Below, one piece after another: positions 38,130 through 52,462 of a stretch of 64,000 nt of DNA. Both the position numbers and the translations under genes were made by a program. Source of the stretch: Octopus sinensis. Its lineage: Eukaryota. The stretch is taken from NCBI RefSeq assembly GCF_006345805.1, contig NC_043005.1:52762001-52826000 (forward strand), written 5' to 3'. How positions within the stretch are numbered: the first letter of the stretch is position 1; every line of letters starts with the position of its first letter. A model generated the notes under the pieces. The model saw only the letters and a program-made list of their open reading frames with translations, did no database searches and was not told where the DNA came from.

Positions 38130-38650
38130 TGGCTTGTATCAAGGAAATACTATATCTGGTAATGGTTGTGATCCCCTTCGGTCATGAAGGACCATGGGAT
38201 TAGACCTAGAAAGTTACCCTCCGAGGCACAAGTCTAGGAAAGGTTGTTTATGGAAGACCAGCAGTCGCCCACACATACCAGCCTCCCTTCTCCTCGCCAC
38301 TGATGTTATCCAAGGGAAAGGCAAAGGCCGTCGCAGCTCATTTATTAATATGCAGGTGGCTGAGCACTCCACAGACATGTGTGCCCTTAACGTAGTTCTC
38401 GGGGAGATTCAGTGTGACACAGAGTGTGACAAGTCTGGTCCTTTGAAATACAGGTACAACAGAAACAGGAAGAAAGAGTGAGAGAAAGTTGTAGTGAAAG
38501 AGTACAGTAGGGTTCATCACGATCCCCTACCGGAGCTTCGTGGAGCTTTATGTGTTTTCGCCCAATAAACACTCACAATGCCCGGTCTGGGAATCGAAAC
38601 CGCAATCCTACGACCGCGAGTCCGCTGCCCTAATTTGGCCATTGCGCCTC
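38130..38650 (-). mobile_element. Composite of SINE family C variants
   Basis: Segments match the reverse complement of 28630-28957 and 51468-51790, and the same strand of 28330-28600. Confidence 0.65.
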
Positions 38651-39165
38651 CACTCTGGTGATGGTAAATACGAAATATTTATCCGTGTATGTCCGCCTGG
38701 TTCAGAAAGAAAGTTGCATATTAAAACATATACAGGTGTTCGGGATAAATTTGACCGTTTGCATAAAAGGAAAACACTATACTCTACCCAAAATTTAAAG
38801 TATTTTTTTGAAAAATCAACTATATTATGGCTACGAGATAATTGTTTACTGAAAGCAGCCATGCTCAGCTTCCATCACGTTCTCAAATGAGTTCACCAAT
38901 ACATCAAGCAGTTCTTGAAGAACGGGGACATTAATTTAAAATTTAGCCCGAACACCCGTTATCGATATATATTGTATCTCTACACACACAAACACATACT
39001 AACACACACACATACACACAACACATTTATACACATCTATACATATATATACATATATACGCATACACATATCTATCTATATATATATATATATATATCT
39101 ATGTTATTTATATATAATGTATATATAGATATATATGTATATATGTATATATTGTATATATAATG

Positions 39166-39246
<81 letters not shown>

Positions 39247-39620
39247 CATATTTATACACACACACACATATAGATATATACATAATATACATACATAATG
39301 TATATGTATATATATGCAAGTGTATAGTTTTGGGTTTATGTCCTTGTTTGGTAACAGTTGGAGACCATCTTCTATTGCTGACTTTTGACAAACTTACTAA
39401 CAGACGAGTGAAGCGTAATAATGTTCATATCATCAGTTTTCCTTTTATTTATAGTTTCTTGTGTTATTTACGAACACACACTGACACACACACACTTACA
39501 CACACTCATACAAACATACATACAAACAAACACGCCTGCATACGTATGTGTGTATACATATATACGCATAAACATATAGAGAGATATACACATTTGTGTA
39601 TGTATATTTGTGTATGTATG

Positions 39621-39656
<36 letters not shown>

Positions 39657-40088
39657 CATACATACATACATACATACATACAAACAACCACTCCTGCATA
39701 CGTGTGCGTGTATACATATATACGCATATACATATAGAGAGATATACACATTTGCATATGTATATTTGTGTATGTATACACACGCACACACACATACACA
39801 CACACACACACATACACACACACATACACACACGCACACACACACACACAGTGTCGCCTATCCAGTGCGTTCGGGATTAGTCGGTGTGAAATTCTAAAAA
39901 TACTAATGAATGTGTCGAACCATACCATAGAAAGTAAATAATTCGGCCTCAAACAGATTTCTTTTAATGATAAAAACAAAAAATGTTTTTCAAACTTATA
40001 CTTAAATTGGATGCTGTATTTTGTTTCTGCTTGTTTTGTTGGGGTTTTTTCCCGGGTACGAAAAAATCTTCAGAAATGATAGCCAGTT

Positions 40089-40259
40089 AGACGCAGAAGT
40101 GGCTGTGTGGTAAGTAGCTAGCTTGCTTACCAACTACACATGGTTCCGGGTTCAATCCTACTGCGTGGTACCTTGGGCAAATATGTCTTCTACTATAGCC
40201 TCGGGCCGACCAAAGCCTTGTGAGTGGATTTGGTAGACGGAAACTGAAAGAAGCCTCGA

Positions 40260-40320
<61 letters not shown>

Positions 40321-40530
40321 TGTGTCTGTGTTTGTCTCCCCAAAATCGCTTGACAACCGACGCTGGTATGTTTACGTCCCCGTAACTTAGCAGTTCGGAA
40401 AAAGGGACCGCTAGAATAAGTACTAGGCTTACAAAGAATAAGTCCTCGGCGGCTCGATTTGCTCGACTAAAGGCGGTGCTCCAGCATGGCCGCAGTCAAA
40501 TGACTGAAACAAGTAAAAGAGTAAAAAGAC
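40089..40530 (+). mobile_element. SINE family A, full length
   Basis: Head, (TG)n and tail CAGCATGGCCGCAGTCAAATGACTGAAACAAGTAAAAGAGTAAAA. Confidence 0.88.
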
Positions 40531-42770
40531 TAAAGTTGTTTCTTTTAAGAGTAACCATGACATGACGTTCCTGTCCTGCTCAAAAGGATCACTAAACGTA
40601 ATTGAACATTATTAATATGAAGGCAGCGAACTGGCTGAATTGCTAGCACAACGGACAAAATACGTAGCGACATTTTGTACGTCTTTATGTCCTGGGTTCA
40701 AATTCCGCCGCGGTCGACTTTGCCTTTTATCCTTTCGGGGTCGATAAAAAACGTACCAGCTGAACGCTGAGGTTGATATAATCGCCTTATCCCTTCCCCC
40801 GCAATTGCTGGCCTTTGCCAAAATTTGAATCCCTTATTATGAAGGCGGCGAGCTGGCTGAATTACCAGCACAATGGACAAAATGGTTAGTGGTATTTCGT
40901 CTGTCTTTACGTTCTGAGTTCAAATTCCACTGAGGTCGATTTTGCCATTCGTCCCTTGGCGGTCGATAAAACAGTACGAGTCAAGTACTGCGGGGGAAAG
41001 GAGAAAGGTAAAGTTTCCTTCTCAAGTCATGCTGTCTAAGGACCAGCTTCATGGCGTATAAAATTCCCAGCCTGGACAGGACGCCAGTTCGTCACACGAT
41101 TACTCATTTTTGCCAGCTGAGTGGACTAGAGCAACGTGAAAGGAAGTGTTTTGCTCAAGAACACAAAGCGTTGCCTGGTCCAGGAATCGAAACCACAATC
41201 TTACGGTCATGAGTTCAGCACCCTAAGCACTAAGCCATACGCATCCACAAGTATTGGTGTGTCTGTGTGTGTGAGGGGGGTATTTGACTAGCCCTCCTGC
41301 TCAAAATTTCAGCCCTTGTGCCTATGGTAGAAAGAATTGTTACGAAGCAGAGCAAATATGTGTTGGGTTTGTTTGTTGTTATTCGTACAGTCAAAAAGGA
41401 AGATAGAGGCCATATGCCTTCACAAAGCCTTTGACACTTCTGTCGCAGAAAAATAGGAGTTTTCTCAAAACGGATACCTAGCCCGAATGCTTGCAGTAGA
41501 AAGGACTCCGCTTAAGGCCCCTAAGGTACCAGATAGAGGTATTAAACCGGGCGGCGAATTAAATATACTATTTATGTAGGTCATGACAGAATTTGAACCC
41601 AGAGCGCAAAGAATCGAAACAATACCTCAAGGTATCAGTCAAACGTTCTTATAGTTCTTCCAAATCACCATTTTGGATTGGTTCGTGTTTATCGACTCCA
41701 AAAGAATAAAAGGCAAGGTTGAACTCGGTGGCATTTAAAGCTCGATCACAAAGATTCGAACCAAATATCGTAGTGCAGTTATATCCGACGCTTTAATGAC
41801 TCTGCCAGTTCATCTAATTAGTAGTGAAGTGAATGGAGGTGTTCGTGGAGCTATATGTAAATTACATTTTTATACTTACGTCAATTTTAATTGGGCAGAC
41901 CGTGATGATTCCGATATTTTAGTAAGTTTTTAGGTATACTGTATCATCATCATCATCATCACCATTTAACGTCCCTTTTTTTCCCATGCCGGGATCTAGT
42001 TTTATATCGTATAAAGTGTCCTCACTTTGAGGATATAGTTGGAGGAAGATGATTCTGTTGTTGTTTCTAGCAGACTGAATAACCGCGAATAGACACCATC
42101 TTTGGTTTGTCAATGGATTACTGACTAATTGGTAACAAAATATTAAAAAAAAAGAGCGAAAGGAAAACTGCATGAAGATTTTAGATCAAATAGGATAGTG
42201 CATTGTACTAAGACAAATAAACTGAGACAGATACCAGCGACGATGTGCTGTATGTGTGTATGTGTGAGTTTATACATGTGTATGTGAGTGTATGCACATA
42301 TGTATAAAATTTAGGTGTAATCTATGTATCGTTGAGAAGTGTAAAATAGTGGTCAAATTGGGCAAAGTCTTCAAAAGAAACCCTTTTGACGTGTTTGCAC
42401 AAGAGCAAATTCTGTCGTTCATTTTCAAATGTATTCCCGCACCGGTTTACTTTCAAAATACAAAGTTAATAAACTCCATTTCAGAACACATTTCAACAAT
42501 ATATGGAGAAATATTCCGCCTTAGAGTGATCTTTCATTGAAATCACAACATCAGCACCACATATAAAGCGGGTTCTGTTTCCTTTAGAGGAATTCTTTCA
42601 TCAACCCCTATTCACTACACTACAAAAGAATCAAATGGCCTAGCATAACGAATGAAATGATTATATTCTAATATCGACTTGAAAAATGTTCATCGTCTCA
42701 GAAATTACCATATCTGAAGAATTAATTGTCAACATTAGGAACTCCGAGTAGTGATACAGAAGTACATCAG

Positions 42771-43192
42771 CTCTTTTACTCTTTTACTCTTTTATCTTTT
42801 ACTTGTTTCAGCCATTTGACTGCGGCCATACTGGAGTACTACCTTTAGTCGAGCAAATTGACCCCAGGACTTATTCTTTAGAAGCCTAGTACTTATTCTA
42901 TCTCTTTTGCCGAACCGCTAAGTTACGGGGGCGTAAACACACCACCATCGGTTGTCAAGCGATGTTGGGGGAGACAAATACAGACAAACAAACATACACT
43001 CACACACATATATATATATACATATATACGACGGGCTTCTTTCAGTTTCCGTCTACCAAATCCACTCACAAGGCTTTGGTCGGCCCGGGGCTATAATAGA
43101 AGACACTTGCCCAAGATGCCACGCAGTAGGATTGAACTTGGAACCATGTGGTTAATAAGCAAGCTACTTGCCACACAGCCACTACTGCGCCT
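42771..43192 (-). mobile_element. SINE family A, full length
   Basis: Reverse complement of the full consensus. Confidence 0.85.
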
Positions 43193-43639
43193 GTACAATA
43201 AATAACAGTGTGTAACAAAATTTTTATTTTATTTTCGTCTTTGGTCAATAAGTGTTATTTCCTATTTGCTTCTATCCAAGCCAAAGAAATAACTAGTATT
43301 CCCTTAAAACTTCGCTTTTGTGACCTGGACATCAATATTTTGAAACTGACCTCCATTACATTTCAGACAGATTCAACGCTGATTTGCTGAAGCAGAAATA
43401 TCGTCATAGCAAATATTCTACTCAATATCACTGATTTGATTGTCGGTTGTTTGACATCGACTCCACTGTTTTACTGGTACTTAATTTGTCAACCCCCGAA
43501 AGGATGAAAGGCAAAGTCGACCCTGGCGGAATTTGAACCCAGAACGTGAAGACGAGAGAAATACTGCTAAGCGTTTTGCCCTGTATGCTAACGATTCTGC
43601 CAGTTCAGTATTAGTAGGATATTAAATTTGCTATAACAT

Positions 43640-43920
43640 AAAGAAATGTTTATTAAAGCTGCCCCACTCAATAACAAATCCTTAGCAAGAATTGGTTCCA
43701 GACACAAACTGAAGTGCACGGAACAGAATGCAATAAAGAACATAGAAACAGGAAGATGATATGGTATAACCCTCCATGTAGAAAAAGAATATCCACAGAA
43801 ATATCAAAGAACATTTCATTTTTGTATTTCTTTCGCAAGATTCTTCAAAGATTCTATAAAAAGAATTATAGTTGTCTAGATAGTTTCGGCACACTTTCAT
43901 GCACACATATTAATATATAC
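43640..43920 (+). mobile_element. Decayed Penelope-like element ORF fragment
   Basis: RNRKMIWYNPPCRKRISTEISK...KNYSCLD resembles the RKRxIIWFNPPYS...TNIGK...SYSCM segment that follows the RT in PLE proteins (from recall). Confidence 0.6.
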
Positions 43921-43950
43921 ACACACTAAGATTTACACGTGTATTTATAC

Positions 43951-43991
<41 letters not shown>

Positions 43992-44279
43992 TATGTCTGT
44001 ATAGCGACTTATAAATAGGAAATACGCAGATATGTATGTATGTATATAACACATTTGTCTAACTGTGTTTGTTGCATGTGTGTGTACGTGCGCGTATACA
44101 TACATATATGTGCGTGTGTGTGTGTATGTGTGTATATCTATGTTTTATCTGCCTATCTATCTATATCTAGCTATCTATCTAGCTATTTATCTATATGTGT
44201 ATACATACATACCTACCTACCTACATGCATACATACATACATACATACAAACATACATACATACATACATATATATATA

Positions 44280-44330
<51 letters not shown>

Positions 44331-44690
44331 ATATATATGTATGCATGTGTGCATTTATGCATGCGTGTATATATACTCATAGATATAAATAATATGCATA
44401 TGTAAATTTATTTGTATATGTGTGCGTGTGTAAGTATATATATATATATGTGTGTGTGTGTGCGCGCGCATGTGTATATATATATGCGTGTGTGTGTGTG
44501 TGTGTGTACATATATACAAAGCAATTTTATGATTCTTTTCTTTTCTTTTTTGCTGTGAGGAGAAAGATAAAGAAAAATGAGCGAGAGAGACAGGAAGAGA
44601 TTTTGTGTATACGTGTATTTGCTGCATACTTTTGCAAGTATCTACATAAGGAATACACTGATTAAACTAGCTGCATCATGCACAAGCCAA

Positions 44691-44744
<54 letters not shown>

Positions 44745-45265
44745 CAAGCAAACAAATAAATTGGATTAATAAATATGTAGATAAAACGCAAGCTTCGATG
44801 ACGTTTATTGCATTGTATTAAGAACTAATGGTTATTTGATGATACAGTTATTGGTATGACCAGATGGGCTTAAGGAGTATGCATTATATACAAACACGTA
44901 AAAGACATCTCGATTCCACGTCGCTATTTATCTCTATCGGAAATAAAATTGCAAATAAACAAATGAATAGATAAATGGAATCCCTTCAAAATACCTTAAA
45001 AACTGCAAAGACTAATAGCAGTTGCTTTTGTTGTTGCTGTTGTTGTTTTTGTTGTTGTTTAAGAACCACAAGACACGTTTAATGATGGAAAGTATTCAAT
45101 GCTGCGAGTCGAGGCAATTACATTGTAAAATTCGAGCTCACTGCAGCTTTACTTGTTGTATTCACCTAAACTTCCAAACGACCTTGGCTTTAATGTTCCC
45201 AAAAGGCAGTAACGGTTGGAGAAAAAGAAACCCTACAAGCATTGTAGTGCCGCCAAACGGGATCT

Positions 45266-45952
45266 GAGATCCATGCGGAGCAATGAAACTCTACATAGTG
45301 TTGAAATTGCCAAGAAGGCTGAGGGTTTTCTTGGCATCACTTACCAAGTCCTTTGTGAGCCGCTCTCCGGCTATCTATCTGAGGTTTTATATAGCTATGG
45401 TGCGGCATCACCGGTCTGGAAACCCTATCTTGCCCAGGATATTAATCGTCTGGAAACCGTTCAGCGACGTGCAACCAAGAGAATACCCTCCATCAGGCAT
45501 TTGCCATATTCTGAACGCCTTACTTCCCCTGGGCATGGATACATTGAAACTCCGACGTCTGGCAGACACCCGTAAGTTATTAACCATCTTACCAACAATA
45601 ACTCTGAGCACCTTTTCAAACTCCACCTGTCTAACACCCGTGGACATGTTTGTAAAGTCAGAAAACAGCACAGCTCCTATGACTTTAGAAACATTTTTTC
45701 ACGCTGAGAGATGCTGAAGCATGAAACAAACTGCCGGCATCAGTTGTTAGTTGTCGGAGCACTGCATCCTTCAAAACTTCCATGCTTCCAGAGATTCGCC
45801 AACACTACGCCTGATTTTCTCCCCTCCATACACACGCAAGCATGTATCTGACTCATACACTGTTCACTTCCCAGACATTTGTACATTACTGCATATGCTT
45901 TATACGCACTTTTGACAAGTTGTGGTGCACCTGAGCACTGTATACAATAATT

Positions 45953-45990
<38 letters not shown>
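45266..45990 (+). mobile_element. CR1/L2-group LINE 3' fragment
   Basis: SPVWKPYLAQDINRLETVQRRATKRIPSIRHLPYSERL; (ATT)n tail. Confidence 0.85.
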
Positions 45991-45999
<9 letters not shown>

Positions 46000-46261
46000 T
46001 ATTATAGTACACACATGCACTGTCCGAACATTGCTAGCTTTTGGACTTATTTTTAATACAGGCTCAAGGCTTGAATTTATTTATTTATTTATTTATCTAT
46101 TTATTTCTTTTTTGTGGGTTGGGGCTTGTCGATTACATCGACGCCAACATTGATGCCCGAAGGGACGAAAGGCATAGTTAGCGTGGACAACAGCATTTGA
46201 ACTCAGAATATAAAGCCAGTTAAAATGCTGCTTAAGCATTTTGTCCGGCGTGCTAACAATT

Positions 46262-47052
46262 CTTATTTCTTTATTGCCCACAAGGGGCTACACGGAGAGG
46301 ATACACAAGGACAGACAAACGGATTGAGTCGATTATATCGACCCCAGTGCGTAACTGGGACTATTTAATCGACCCCGAAAGGATGAAAGGCAAAGTCGAC
46401 CCCGGCAGAATTTGAACTCAGAACGTAGCGGCAGAAGAAATATCTATTTCTTTACTACCCACAAGGGGCTAAACACAGAGAGGACAAACAAGGACAGACA
46501 CACGGATTAAATCGATTACATCGACCCCAGTGCGTAACTGGTACTTATTTAATCGACCCCGAAAGGATGACAGGTTAAAGTCGACCTCGGCGGAATTTGA
46601 ACTCAGAACGTAGCAGCAGACGAAATACCTATTTCTATTTCTTTATTAGCCAAAAGGGACTAAATACAGAGAGGACAACCAAGGACAGACAAACGGATTA
46701 AGTCGATTACATCGACCCCAGTGCGTAACTGGTACTTAATTTATCGACCCCGAAAGGATGAAAAGCAAAGTCGACCTCGGCGGAATTTGAACTCAGAACG
46801 TAGCGCACAAATGAAATACCTATTTCTTTACTACCCACAAGGGGCTAAACACAGAGGGGACAAACAAGTACAGACAAACGGATTAAGTCGATTACATCGA
46901 CCCCAGTGCGTAACTGGTACTTAATTTATCGACCCCGAAAGGATGAAAGGCAAAGTCGACCTCGGCGGAATTTGAACTCAGAACGTAGCGGCAGACGAAA
47001 TACTGCTAAGCATTTTGCCCGGCGTGCTAACGTTTCTGCCAGCTCGCCGCCT
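46262..47052 (-). mobile_element. SINE family B, head plus four tandem units
   Basis: Unit tails near 46265, 46446, 46638 and 46822; head at about 46995-47052; same unit as 2251-2800. Confidence 0.85.
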
Positions 47053-47253
47053 TCAGCGTGCTAACAATTCTGCCAGTTCGCTACCTTCTGCTGAGTGGAG
47101 AACGAATCCAGCTACCAGACGGTGTGCAAATACTTACGAATCCATTGTAGGGAACATTTCACCGCCCACCTTCAACAAAGCGGGGCAAGTAGTGATTCTG
47201 TGCCCCTGTAGGGTGTCTATGGTGAAAGCAGTTGTATGGTGGATGAGATTGAA

Positions 47254-47485
47254 AGGCGGCGAGCTGGCAGAAACGTTAGCACGCCGGGCGAAATGCGTCG
47301 CCGTATTTCGTCTGCCGTTACGTTCTGAGTTCAAATTTCGCCGAGGTCGACTTCGCCTTTCATCCTTTCGGGGTCGATAAATTAAGTACCAGTTACGCAC
47401 TGGGGTCGATATAATCGACTTAATCCGTTTGTCTGTCCTTGTTTGTCCTCTCTGTGTTTAGCTCCTTGTGGGCAGTAAAGAAATA
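47254..47485 (+). mobile_element. Full-length monomeric SINE family B with 13-bp TSD
   Basis: GGATGAGATTGAA at 47241-47253 and 47486-47498. Older B copies at about 13165, 29190, 30135, 37845(-), 40618, 43465(-), 49670, 49890 and 62820. Confidence 0.9.
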
Positions 47486-48051
47486 GGATGAGATTGAATG
47501 GGTTGAAAGCGGACATCTTCCTCTTCGATCAAGCCCTCAATAACGTTTTCAAATTCCATTTTCAAAAGCCGAGTAAGAGTGGAAACTAAGTGCACTTCCC
47601 CAATGAATTTGTCAAAAGGTTAGTGGTAACAGTGTCTAAAGAGGTTAGGACGATTGAAACTACTCTAAGCAATGCTCTTGTAGATTGGAGAAAAATAGTT
47701 GGATTAGAACCCGTGCCCTTGATCATCAGGGTAACCTCCATCAGTGAGCTTCCTTGATTGACCCAAGTTATATGCTCTCCTGGATGCTGAGGCAAATTGC
47801 AGCATCCGTGTTTTTACTATGTACATACACTCCTTATTCCCCACTTCCCCTCCTTTTTTCCTTCCCATTTTTATGTAAAAACCCACATGAAAATTGTAAC
47901 TTGCACTTATACTGTACCCCTCATCATACGACATTTTGGCAAATGAAAGAAATTATCACCACTATCATCATCAGTAGTAGTAGTAGTAGTAGTTGTTGTA
48001 GTAGTAGCAGTAGTAGTAGTAGTAGTAGCAGCAGCAACAACAGCAGTAGTT

Positions 48052-48094
<43 letters not shown>

Positions 48095-48124
48095 TAGTAG
48101 TAGTAAAAAATGCGCCCTTTTAAA

Positions 48125-48357
48125 GCCTAACCAGGCTCATGGGCCCGGTTTCCCGGTTTCAATGGCGTATGTGTTCCCCGACTGGACGGGACGCCAGTCC
48201 ATCGCAGAGTTACTCCTTTTTGCCAGCTGAGTGGACTGGAGCAACGTGAAATGAAGTGTTTTGCTCAAGAACACAACGCATCGCCCGGTCCAGGAATCGA
48301 AACCACAATGTTACGATCATGAAGCTGACACCCTAACCACTAAGCCACGCGCCTCCA
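48125..48357 (-). mobile_element. SINE family C
   Basis: Reverse complement head GGAGGCGCGTGGCTTAGTGGTTAGGG...GGTTTCGATTCC. Confidence 0.75.
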
Positions 48358-48844
48358 ATAGTAGTAGTAGTAGCAGCAGTGAGAAATTATTTTCCTTTTG
48401 TTTTTCCTGGTTTTTTTTTTTTTTTGTTTTTTTTTGTTATTTTACCCAGTAACATTTAACCTCAGCGTTCTTAAACCACGAACCTTTTGTACTTTTTAAC
48501 ATTCTTATGTCTTTATGACACTTCAGCACCTTTGCCAGTTAACACCTCATGGATCCTAGTCAAACGGTTTATCACTTCTCCAAACTTTGTACCATTTTCG
48601 TTTTCTTCATTTTCTGTCTTTTTTTTTCACCATTTTTCTCTTTTTTATCTCTATTTTTTTTATCTTTATGAAGCTAGAAACTTTAGTTTTATTTTATCGC
48701 CTTCTCGTTCATTCATTCTTCACTGTAAATGTTTTTAAAGCTTCTTTTTTCTTTTTTCTTTTTTCTTTTTTGCTTACTATGACAGAAAGTGATTATTACC
48801 GTATGTTCCGGCATATAAGTCGAAGTTTTCAAGCTAAAATTTAC

Positions 48845-49230
48845 AGGCACAGGAGTGGCTGTATAGTAAAAAGCTTGCTTCCCAACCACATAGTAGATAA
48901 ATGACATCGTAGATAAATGTCTTTTACTATAGCCTCAGACCGACCAAAGCTTTGAGTGGATTTGGTAGACTTAAACTGAAAGTCTGTCGTATATATGTGT
49001 GTGTGTGTGTGTGTGTATGCGTGTGTGTGTATGCGTGTGTGTGTCTGTGTTTGTCTCCATCGCCAACCGGTGCTGGTGTATTCACGTCCGCGTAACGTAG
49101 CGGTTCGGCAAAACAGAACGATAATATAAGTACTAGGCTTAAATAAGTCCCGGGGTCGATTCTTTTGGTTAAAATTCAAGGCAGTGTCCCAAAATGACCG
49201 CAGTCTAACGACTGTAACAGGTAAAGAAGT
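48845..49230 (+). mobile_element. SINE family A, diverged
   Basis: Homology to the family; further diverged copies at about 50434-50690, 52585-52765, 53030-53340(-), 55120-55505 and 58560-58935(-). Confidence 0.75.
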
Positions 49231-50145
49231 AAAGCAAGAAAAATAAATAAAAAAAAGTTAAGTCGCTTTATACACCAAAATGACTTTGAAGAGCCAAAAA
49301 TTCCATGTGCAATGCCACATAATTTGGAAAGAGAGTGATGATATTTGAATGATTTCACCATATATTTACACAATATATACGTGATTTGAAGGGAGATAAT
49401 CAAAGAACGTAACATTGTAATACTTGTATGCTGGAAAATATGGTAAATAAATTTGGTGACATTCATATTCTTCTACTTGCTATTTTACTCATACAAAAAA
49501 AAGCCAGTGAAACCAGGAACAAATTTAGAATACATTCTTCATTAAGAATAAAGATAACAGTAAAGAAACACAAGAAAACATTAGTTCCAGCATTTAGAGT
49601 AGAAGAAAGAAAACAAAAGAGAAAACCAACTATAATAGTAAAATTAAATCACATTCGATTCTATGGTGTGTAAGGCAGCAAGCTGGCAGAATCGTTAGCG
49701 CGCCGGGTAAAATTCCTAGCTGCTATGTTCTGAGTTCAAATTCCGCCGGGGTCGACTTTGCCTTTCATCCTTTCGGGGTCGGTATATTAAGTACCAGCGA
49801 AACGCTGAAGTCGATGTAATCGACTCGGCACCTCCCCTAAATTTCAGGCCTTCTGCCTATTGTAGAAAGGATTACATATATGATGTGAACACGGCGTGCT
49901 GGCAGAATCGTTAGCACGCTGGGCAAAATGCTTAGCGACATTTTGTCCATCCTTGCGTTCTAATTTCAAATTCCGCCGAGGTCAACTTTGCCTTTCATCC
50001 TTTCACGGTCGATAAAATAAGTACCAGTTGAGTACTGAGGGTCGATGTAATCAACTAGTCCCATTCCCCAAAATTGCAGAAAGTATTATATATATGGTAT
50101 ACATGGGTGTATAATATATGTAAATATGCGTGTCTATGTATATAT

Positions 50146-50415
50146 TTATTACCTCCGCCAAGGAAGAAGGTTATGTTTTCATCGGCGTTGGTTTGTCCGT
50201 CTGTGTGCAAAATAAATCAAAAAGTTGTGAACAGTATTTGATGAAACTTGCAGGAAATGTTGGTAACGACACATGGAACAGATGATGAAATTTTGGTAGT
50301 GATCCGGGATGCGTGATTTTATGGATGCTTGAAGGATTTTTCATTTGTTATATTTACTTTACATGAAGTATTAATGTTACGTTCTTTGATTATCTCCCTT
50401 GAAAACACGTTTATT
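50146..50415 (+). mobile_element. Helentron/DINE-1-like non-autonomous element, 5' part
   Basis: Starts TTATTACCTCCGCCAAGGAAGAAGGTTATGTTTTC followed by GTTTGTCCGTCTGT, the layout recalled for Helentron-associated elements; no 3' end seen. Confidence 0.5.
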
Positions 50416-51467
50416 GTTTCCACGTAACCTATGGTAGACAGAAACTGAAAGAAGCCTGTCATATATATATATATATATATATGTATATGTATATATATAC
50501 ATATATATATGTGTGTGCATTTGTGTGTCTGTGTTTGTCCTGCCAACATCGCTTGACAACCAATGCTGGTGTGTTTACGTTCCCGTAACTTAGCAGTTCA
50601 GCAAAAGATACCGATAGAATACAACTAAAGGCGGTGCTCCAGCATGGCCGCAGTCAAATAACTGAAACAAGTAAAAGAGTAAAAGAGTATATACCAGTGC
50701 TCATTTGTTTGACTAAACCCTTCAAGGCAGTGCCCCAGGAGGGCTGCATTTCAATGATTGAAACAAGTTAAAGATGAACAATAAGATTTTCTTTATTTTG
50801 TTTTCTTTCATTTTTAACGATTCTTATTTTTATTTATTTATTTATTTATTCATTCATTTATTTATTTATTTATTTATTTATTTATTTCCATAAAATTCCA
50901 TTTCAACAGTAAAAAAACATCATTTATTGTTTACAGAGAATCAACTTCAGTTGTGTTCCTGTTTAACTCTTCAGAAGACACTTTAAATTACGTTTTACAA
51001 TAGAGTCTCAGTTGATGCAATTAGAAGAAGAGAATAACGATATTTTGATTTACAGCATTTCAGAATTGGCCAAGTTGCATTATAAACTCACACAATCTTC
51101 AGATTAACCTGTTAAAATGTCACAAATGGAGGTGTCTCTCGACATGCTCAGTCTATATTGAATTAGATGCGATCAATATTTTATTTATATGCCTGTGCTG
51201 AATTTTGAAACAGGAGAGATAAGGTGTTGATGAATTTAATTATGAATTAACTATTAAGATTTTTTTAACAATTTAAGTATATTAGAGATAACGAGCACAA
51301 ATTCAAAACAGAAAACAAAACAATACATTTATTGCTTGCCTGGAAACAAATTATATCAGTTGATCAGTTGCTATTTAACCCTTGGTCAATCAACACTATG
51401 ACAAAGACATTTTAACCATTACCATTCCATCTTTGTATATTTTCCAGATTACTATCTACAAGCGATT

Positions 51468-51790
51468 GAAGGCACATGGCTTAGTGGTTAGGGCATTCGG
51501 CTCGGCTCACAATTGTAAGGTCGTGAGTTCGAGTCCCGGCAACGCTTTGTGTCCTTGAGCAAGACACTTTATTTTCACATTGCTCCAGTCCACTCAGCTG
51601 GCAAAAGTGAGTTGTACCTGTATTTCAAAGGGCTGGCCTTGTCACACTCTGTGTCACACTGAATCTCCTTGCGAACTACATTAGAGTTACGCATGTCTGT
51701 GGATTGCTCTGTCACTTGCGCGTTAATTTCATGAGCAGGCTGTTCCGTTGATCGCATCAGCTGGGACTCTCGTCATCATAACCGACGGAG
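51468..51790 (+). mobile_element. SINE family C, full length
   Basis: A-box TGGCTTAGTGG, B-box GAGTTCGAGTC, central TCCTTGAGCAAGACACTT; homologous to 63105-63430. Confidence 0.8.
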
Positions 51791-52254
51791 CGCTCCATCT
51801 ACAAGCATCTCTTGCGTTGCATAGGCATTGCATTTCAGAAAGTCTTGCCATAAGCTGCCTCCTACTCCCTTCCACTCTCCCTCACTCACATACTTACCAG
51901 CACACAGTATGTCCCTGTTGAATCCCTTCTCCGTAACATATCCTCCTAAGCACCCCTCCCTCTACCAGTGCCCATTCATTACATCCCTCCACTTCTAGCT
52001 TCACCTTTCGAAACTTTGTGAACTCACTCTCTCTGATTTCCTGATCTACTTCCCTATACACACTTTCTTGTAATCTGGATGTATGGTCACTGCCCTCTCC
52101 CTATCACATCTTCAGCATCTTTCTCTCCCTCTCTCTCTCTCTCTTTCTCTCTCTCTCCATCTGAGGTAGCTATGTTTCTCTTTTAATAAACCTTTTCTGT
52201 CACTGAATACTACTGCCACCCAGTGGAAGGGTCTTGTCCTGAAATCTGCTTGGC

Positions 52255-52462
52255 AACCTCACTGCTGCTGGTGCCACATAGAAAGCACCCAGTACACTCT
52301 GTAAAATTGTCGGCATTATGAAGGGCATCCAACTATAGAAACCTTGCAAAAAACAGAACCTGGTGCAGTTCTTTAGCTTGCCAGCTCCTTCTAAACTCTC
52401 CAACTCATACCAGCATGTAAAAAGAAACATTAGATGATGATGATGATGATGATGATAATGAT
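52255..52462 (+). mobile_element. Family D retroposon 3' part with (GAT)n tail
   Basis: TGCTGGTGCCACATAGAAAGCACCCAGTACACTCTGT...GAAGGGCATCCA...(GAT)n; homologous to 56160-56400 and to the reverse complement of 62160-62440. Confidence 0.65.

Noticed and set aside
46262-47052. Regularly spaced repeats that could be mistaken for a CRISPR array
   Set aside because: Whole units of about 183 bp repeat with no unique spacers, there are no cas genes, and the context is eukaryotic
47100-47950. Moderate-complexity sequence hosting the young SINE-B, with a frame reading TRLLKMEFENVIEGLIEEEDV
   Set aside because: No motif I can assign; may be an old TE remnant
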